From positions 14,469,023-14,533,022 of the forward strand of contig OU015566.1 of the NCBI GenBank assembly GCA_907165135.1: DNA of 64,000 nt, in the 5' to 3' direction. The first letter of the stretch is position 1. Each line of letters starts with the position of its first letter. Below are positions 59,498 through 64,000 of this stretch, piece by piece. Under the pieces are notes generated by a model. That model did no database searches, was not told the origin of the DNA, and saw only the letters and a program-made list of their open reading frames with translations. A program made the position numbers and the translations under genes. The stretch is from Oikopleura dioica. Its lineage: Eukaryota > Animalia > Chordata.

Positions 59498-62400
59498 TTT
59501 CTGCCGGTTTGTCATATAAGTTACGAATTTGGATAAGGTTCAAGATAGTTTGAGAGTGTTTTAGGCCGGTTTGTCATTAGGGTTACGAATTTGGATAAGG
59601 TTCAAGATAGTTTGAGAGTGTTTTAGGCCGGTTTCTGCCGGTTTGTCATTAGGGTAAGGAATTTGGATAAGGTTCAAGATAGTTTGAGAGTGTTTTAGGC
59701 CGGTTTCTGCCGGTTTGTCATTAGGGTTACGAATTTGGATAAGGTTCAAGATAGTTTGAGAGTGTTTTAGGCCGGTTTCTGCCGGTTTGTCATTAGGGTT
59801 ACGAATTTGGATAAGGTTCAAGATAGTTTGAGAGTGTTTTAGGCCGGTTTCTGCCGGTTTGTCATTAGGGTAAGGAATTTGGATAAGGTTCAAGATAGTT
59901 TGAGAGTGTTTTAGGCCGGTTTCTGCCGGTTTGTCATTAGGGTTACGAATTTGGATAAGGTTCAAGATAGTTTGAGAGTGTTTTAGGCCGGTTTCTGCCG
60001 GTTTGTCATTAGGGTAAGGAATTTGGATAAGGTTCAAGATAGTTTGAGAGTGTTTTAGGCCGGTTTCTGCCGGTTTGTCATTAGGGTTACGAATTTGGAT
60101 AAGGTTCAAGATAGTTTGAGAGTGTTTTAGGCCGGTTTCTGCCGGTTTGTCATTAGGGTAAGGAATTTGGATAAGGTTCAAGATAGTTTGAGAGTGTTTT
60201 AGGCCGGTTTCTGCCGGTTTGTCATTAGGGTTACGAATTTGGATAAGGTTCAAGATAGTTTGAGAGTGTTTTAGGCCGGTTTCTGCCGGTTTGTCATTAG
60301 GGTAAGGAATTTGGATAAGGTTCAAGATAGTTTGAGAGTGTTTTAGGCCGGTTTCTGCCGGTTTGTCATTAGGGTTACGAATTTGGATAAGGTTCAAGAT
60401 AGTTTGAGAGTGTTTTAGGCCGGTTTCTGCCGGTTTGTCATTAGGGTAAGGAATTTGGATAAGGTTCAAGATAGTTTGAGAGTGTTTTAGGCCGGTTTCT
60501 GCCGGTTTGTCATTAGGGTTACGAATTTGGATAAGGTTCAAGATAGTTTGAGAGTGTTTTAGGCCGGTTTCTGCCGGTTTGTCATTAGGGTAAGGAATTT
60601 GGATAAGGTTCAAGATAGTTTGAGAGTGTTTTAGGCCGGTTTCTGCCGGTTTGTCATTAGGGTTACGAATTTGGATAAGGTTCAAGATAGTTTGAGAGTG
60701 TTTTAGGCCGGTTTCTGCCGGTTTGTCATTAGGGTAAGGAATTTGGATAAGGTTCAAGATAGTTTGAGAGTGTTTTAGGCCGGTTTCTGCCGGTTTGTCA
60801 TTAGGGTTACGAATTTGGATAAGGTTCAAGATAGTTTGAGAGTGTTTTAGGCCGGTTTCTGCCGGTTTGTCATTAGGGTAAGGAATTTGGATAAGGTTCA
60901 AGATAGTTTGAGAGTGTTTTAGGCCGGTTTCTGCCGGTTTGTCATTAGGGTTACGAATTTGGATAAGGTTCAAGATAGTTTGAGAGTGTTTTAGGCCGGT
61001 TTCTGCCGGTTTGTCATTAGGGTTACGAATTTGGATAAGGTTCAAGATAGTTTGAGAGTGTTTTAGGCCGGTTTCTGCCGGTTTGTCATTAGGGTTACGA
61101 ATTTGGATAAGGTTCAAGATAGTTTGAGAGTGTTTTAGGCCGGTTTCTGCCGGTTTGTCATTAGGGTAAGGAATTTGAATAAGGTTCAAGATAGTTTGAG
61201 AGTGTTTTAGGCCGGTTTCTGCCGGTTTGTCATTAGGGTAAGGAATTTGGATAAGGTTCAAGATAGTTTGAGAGTGTTTTAGGCCGGTTTCTGCCGGTTT
61301 GTCATTAGGGTTACGAATTTGGATAAGGTTCAAGATAGTTTGAGAGTGTTTTAGGCCGGTTTCTGCCGGTTTGTCATTAGGGTAAGGAATTTGGATAAGG
61401 TTCAAGATAGTTTGAGAGTGTTTTAGGCCGGTTTCTGCCGGTTTGTCATTAGGGTTACGAATTTGGATAAGGTTCAAGATAGTTTGAGAGTGTTTTAGGC
61501 CGGTTTCTGCCGGTTTGTCATTAGGGTAAGGAATTTGGATAAGGTTCAAGATAGTTTGAGAGTGTTTTAGGCCGGTTTCTGCCGGTTTGTCATTAGGGTT
61601 ACGAATTTGGATAAGGTTCAAGATAGTTTGAGAGTGTTTTAGGCCGGTTTCTGCCGGTTTGTCATTAGGGTAAGGAATTTGGATAAGGTTCAAGATAGTT
61701 TGAGAGTGTTTTAGGCCGGTTTCTGCCGGTTTGTCATTAGGGTTACGAATTTGGATAAGGTTCAAGATAGTTTGAGAGTGTTTTAGGCCGGTTTCTGCCG
61801 GTTTGTCATTAGGGTAAGGAATTTGGATAAGGTTCAAGATAGTTTGAGAGTGTTTTAGGCCGGTTTCTGCCGGTTTGTCATTAGGGTTACGAATTTGGAT
61901 AAGGTTCAAGATAGTTTGAGAGTGTTTTAGGCCGGTTTCTGCCGGTTTGTCATTAGGGTAAGGAATTTGGATAAGGTTCAAGATAGTTTGAGAGTGTTTT
62001 AGGCCGGTTTCTGCCGGTTTGTCATTAGGGTTACGAATTTGGATAAGGTTCAAGATAGTTTGAGAGTGTTTTAGGCCGGTTTCTGCCGGTTTGTCATTAG
62101 GGTAAGGAATTTGGATAAGGTTCAAGATAGTTTGAGAGTGTTTTAGGCCGGTTTCTGCCGGTTTGTCATTAGGGTTACGAATTTGGATAAGGTTCAAGAT
62201 AGTTTGAGAGTGTTTTAGGCCGGTTTCTGCCGGTTTGTCATTAGGGTAAGGAATTTGGATAAGGTTCAAGATAGTTTGAGAGTGTTTTAGGCCGGTTTCT
62301 GCCGGTTTGTCATTAGGGTTACGAATTTGGATAAGGTTCAAGATAGTTTGAGAGTGTTTTAGGCCGGTTTCTGCCGGTTTGTCATTAGGGTAAGGAATTT

Positions 62401-63501
62401 GGATAAGGTTCAAGATAGTTTGAGAGTGTTTTAGGCCGGTTTCTGCCGGTTTGTCATTAGGGTTACGAATTTGGATAAGGTTCAAGATAGTTTGAGAGTG
62501 TTTTAGGCCGGTTTCTGCCGGTTTGTCATTAGGGTAAGGAATTTGGATAAGGTTCAAGATAGTTTGAGAGTGTTTTAGGCCGGTTTCTGCCGGTTTGTCA
62601 TTAGGGTTACGAATTTGGATAAGGTTCAAGATAGTTTGAGAGTGTTTTAGGCCGGTTTCTGCCGGTTTGTCATTAGGGTAAGGAATTTGGATAAGGTTCA
62701 AGATAGTTTGAGAGTGTTTTAGGCCGGTTTCTGCCGGTTTGTCATTAGGGTTACGAATTTGGATAAGGTTCAAGATAGTTTGAGAGTGTTTTAGGCCGGT
62801 TTCTGCCGGTTTGTCATTAGGGTAAGGAATTTGGATAAGGTTCAAGATAGTTTGAGAGTGTTTTAGGCCGGTTTCTGCCGGTTTGTCATTAGGGTTACGA
62901 ATTTGGATAAGGTTCAAGATAGTTTGAGAGTGTTTTAGGCCGGTTTCTGCCGGTTTGTCATTAGGGTAAGGAATTTGGATAAGGTTCAAGATAGTTTGAG
63001 AGTGTTTTAGGCCGGTTTCTGCCGGTTTGTCATTAGGGTTACGAATTTGGATAAGGTTCAAGATAGTTTGAGAGTGTTTTAGGCCGGTTTCTGCCGGTTT
63101 GTCATTAGGGTAAGGAATTTGGATAAGGTTCAAGATAGTTTGAGAGTGTTTTAGGCCGGTTTCTGCCGGTTTGTCATTAGGGTTACGAATTTGGATAAGG
63201 TTCAAGATAGTTTGAGAGTGTTTTAGGCCGGTTTCTGCCGGTTTGTCATTAGGGTAAGGAATTTGGATAAGGTTCAAGATAGTTTGAGAGTGTTTTAGGC
63301 CGGTTTCTGCCGGTTTGTCATTAGGGTTACGAATTTGGATAAGGTTCAAGATAGTTTGAGAGTGTTTTAGGCCGGTTTCTGCCGGTTTGTCATTAGGGTA
63401 AGGAATTTGGATAAGGTTCAAGATAGTTTGAGAGTGTTTTAGGCCGGTTTCTGCCGGTTTGTCATTAGGGTTACGAATTTGGATAAGGTTCAAGATAGTT
63501 T
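59498..63501. repeat. 72-bp satellite, ~55 copies, mostly an alternating A/B 144-bp higher-order repeat
   Basis: Same unit as 34039-41965; variant A has TTAGGGTTACG and variant B has TTAGGGTAAGG. Confidence 0.97.
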
Positions 63502-64000
63502 AGGGTTAGGGTTAGGGTTAGGGGGTTAGGTTAGGGTTAGGGTTAGGGTTAGGGTTAGGGTTAGGGTTAGGTTAGGGTTAGGGTTAGGGTTAGGGTTAGG
63601 GGTTAGGGTTAGGTTAGGGTTAGGTTAGGTTAGGGTTAGGTTAGGTTAGGTTAGGTTAGGTTAGGTTAGGGTTAGGTTAGGTTAGGTTAGGTTAGGTTAG
63701 GTTAGGGGTTAGGTTAGGTTAGGTTAGGTTAGGTTAGGTTAGGTTAGGTTAGGTTAGGTTAGGGTTAGGGTTAGGTTAGGTTAGGTTAGGTTAGGTTAGG
63801 TTAGGGTTAGGTTAGGTTAGGTTAGGTTAGGTTAGGTTAGGTTAGGTTAGGTTAGGTTAGGTTAGGTTAGGTTAGGTTAGGTTAGGTTAGGTTAGGTTAG
63901 GTTAGGGTTAGGTTAGGTTAGGGTTAGGTTAGGTTAGGTTAGGTTAGGTTAGGTTAGGTTAGGTTAGGTTAGGGTTAGGTTAGGTTAGGTTAGGTTAGGG
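63500..64000 (+). repeat. Telomeric repeat tract (TTAGGG, then mainly TTAGG)
   Basis: G-rich strand runs 5'->3' toward the window end, the expected polarity for a right chromosome end. Confidence 0.95.

Noticed and set aside
59561-63493. 1310-aa minus-strand repeat ORF
   Set aside because: Same satellite artefact; it starts at a non-ATG codon next to the telomere.
63620-64000. TTAGG tract as arthropod contamination
   Set aside because: It is continuous with TTAGGG repeats and with the same satellite found in contig 1, so contamination is unlikely; miscalling remains possible.

Overview
Eukaryotic, not prokaryotic, chromosome-end sequence. The very compact genes, ~40-60 nt introns, a probable GA-AG intron and TTAGGG telomere are consistent with the appendicularian Oikopleura (inference). 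The window is three contigs separated by two 500-N scaffold gaps. Contig 1 (1-41971): from ~3.9 to 33.2 kb every recognisable gene piece is on the + strand. Most are intron-containing, truncated or disabled housekeeping-gene fragments, several fused to one another (STRIP, PMPCA, HS2ST1, ORC3, ORC5, ZDHHC, GALE-PYG, DDX55, CLTC, CWF19L2, PPTC7, TUBGCP3, FIP1L1). Within this patchwork lie two paralogous genes ending in a TRF/telobox-type Myb domain; one (25120-28805) splices into an uninterrupted ~1,170-aa protein with an SQ/TQ-rich N-terminus, a duplicated ~80-aa module and a PDZ domain. The contig ends in ~110 apparently identical copies of a 72-bp satellite, each containing one TTAGGGTTA. Contig 2 (42472-58629) holds mixed-strand genes and fragments plus MITEs. 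Contig 3 (59130-64000) has a DEAD-box helicase fragment, ~55 copies of the same satellite arranged as an A/B 144-bp dimer, and then a terminal telomeric tract that shifts from TTAGGG to mostly TTAGG. All gene identities rest on remembered family motifs, not on database searches, and pseudogene boundaries are approximate.
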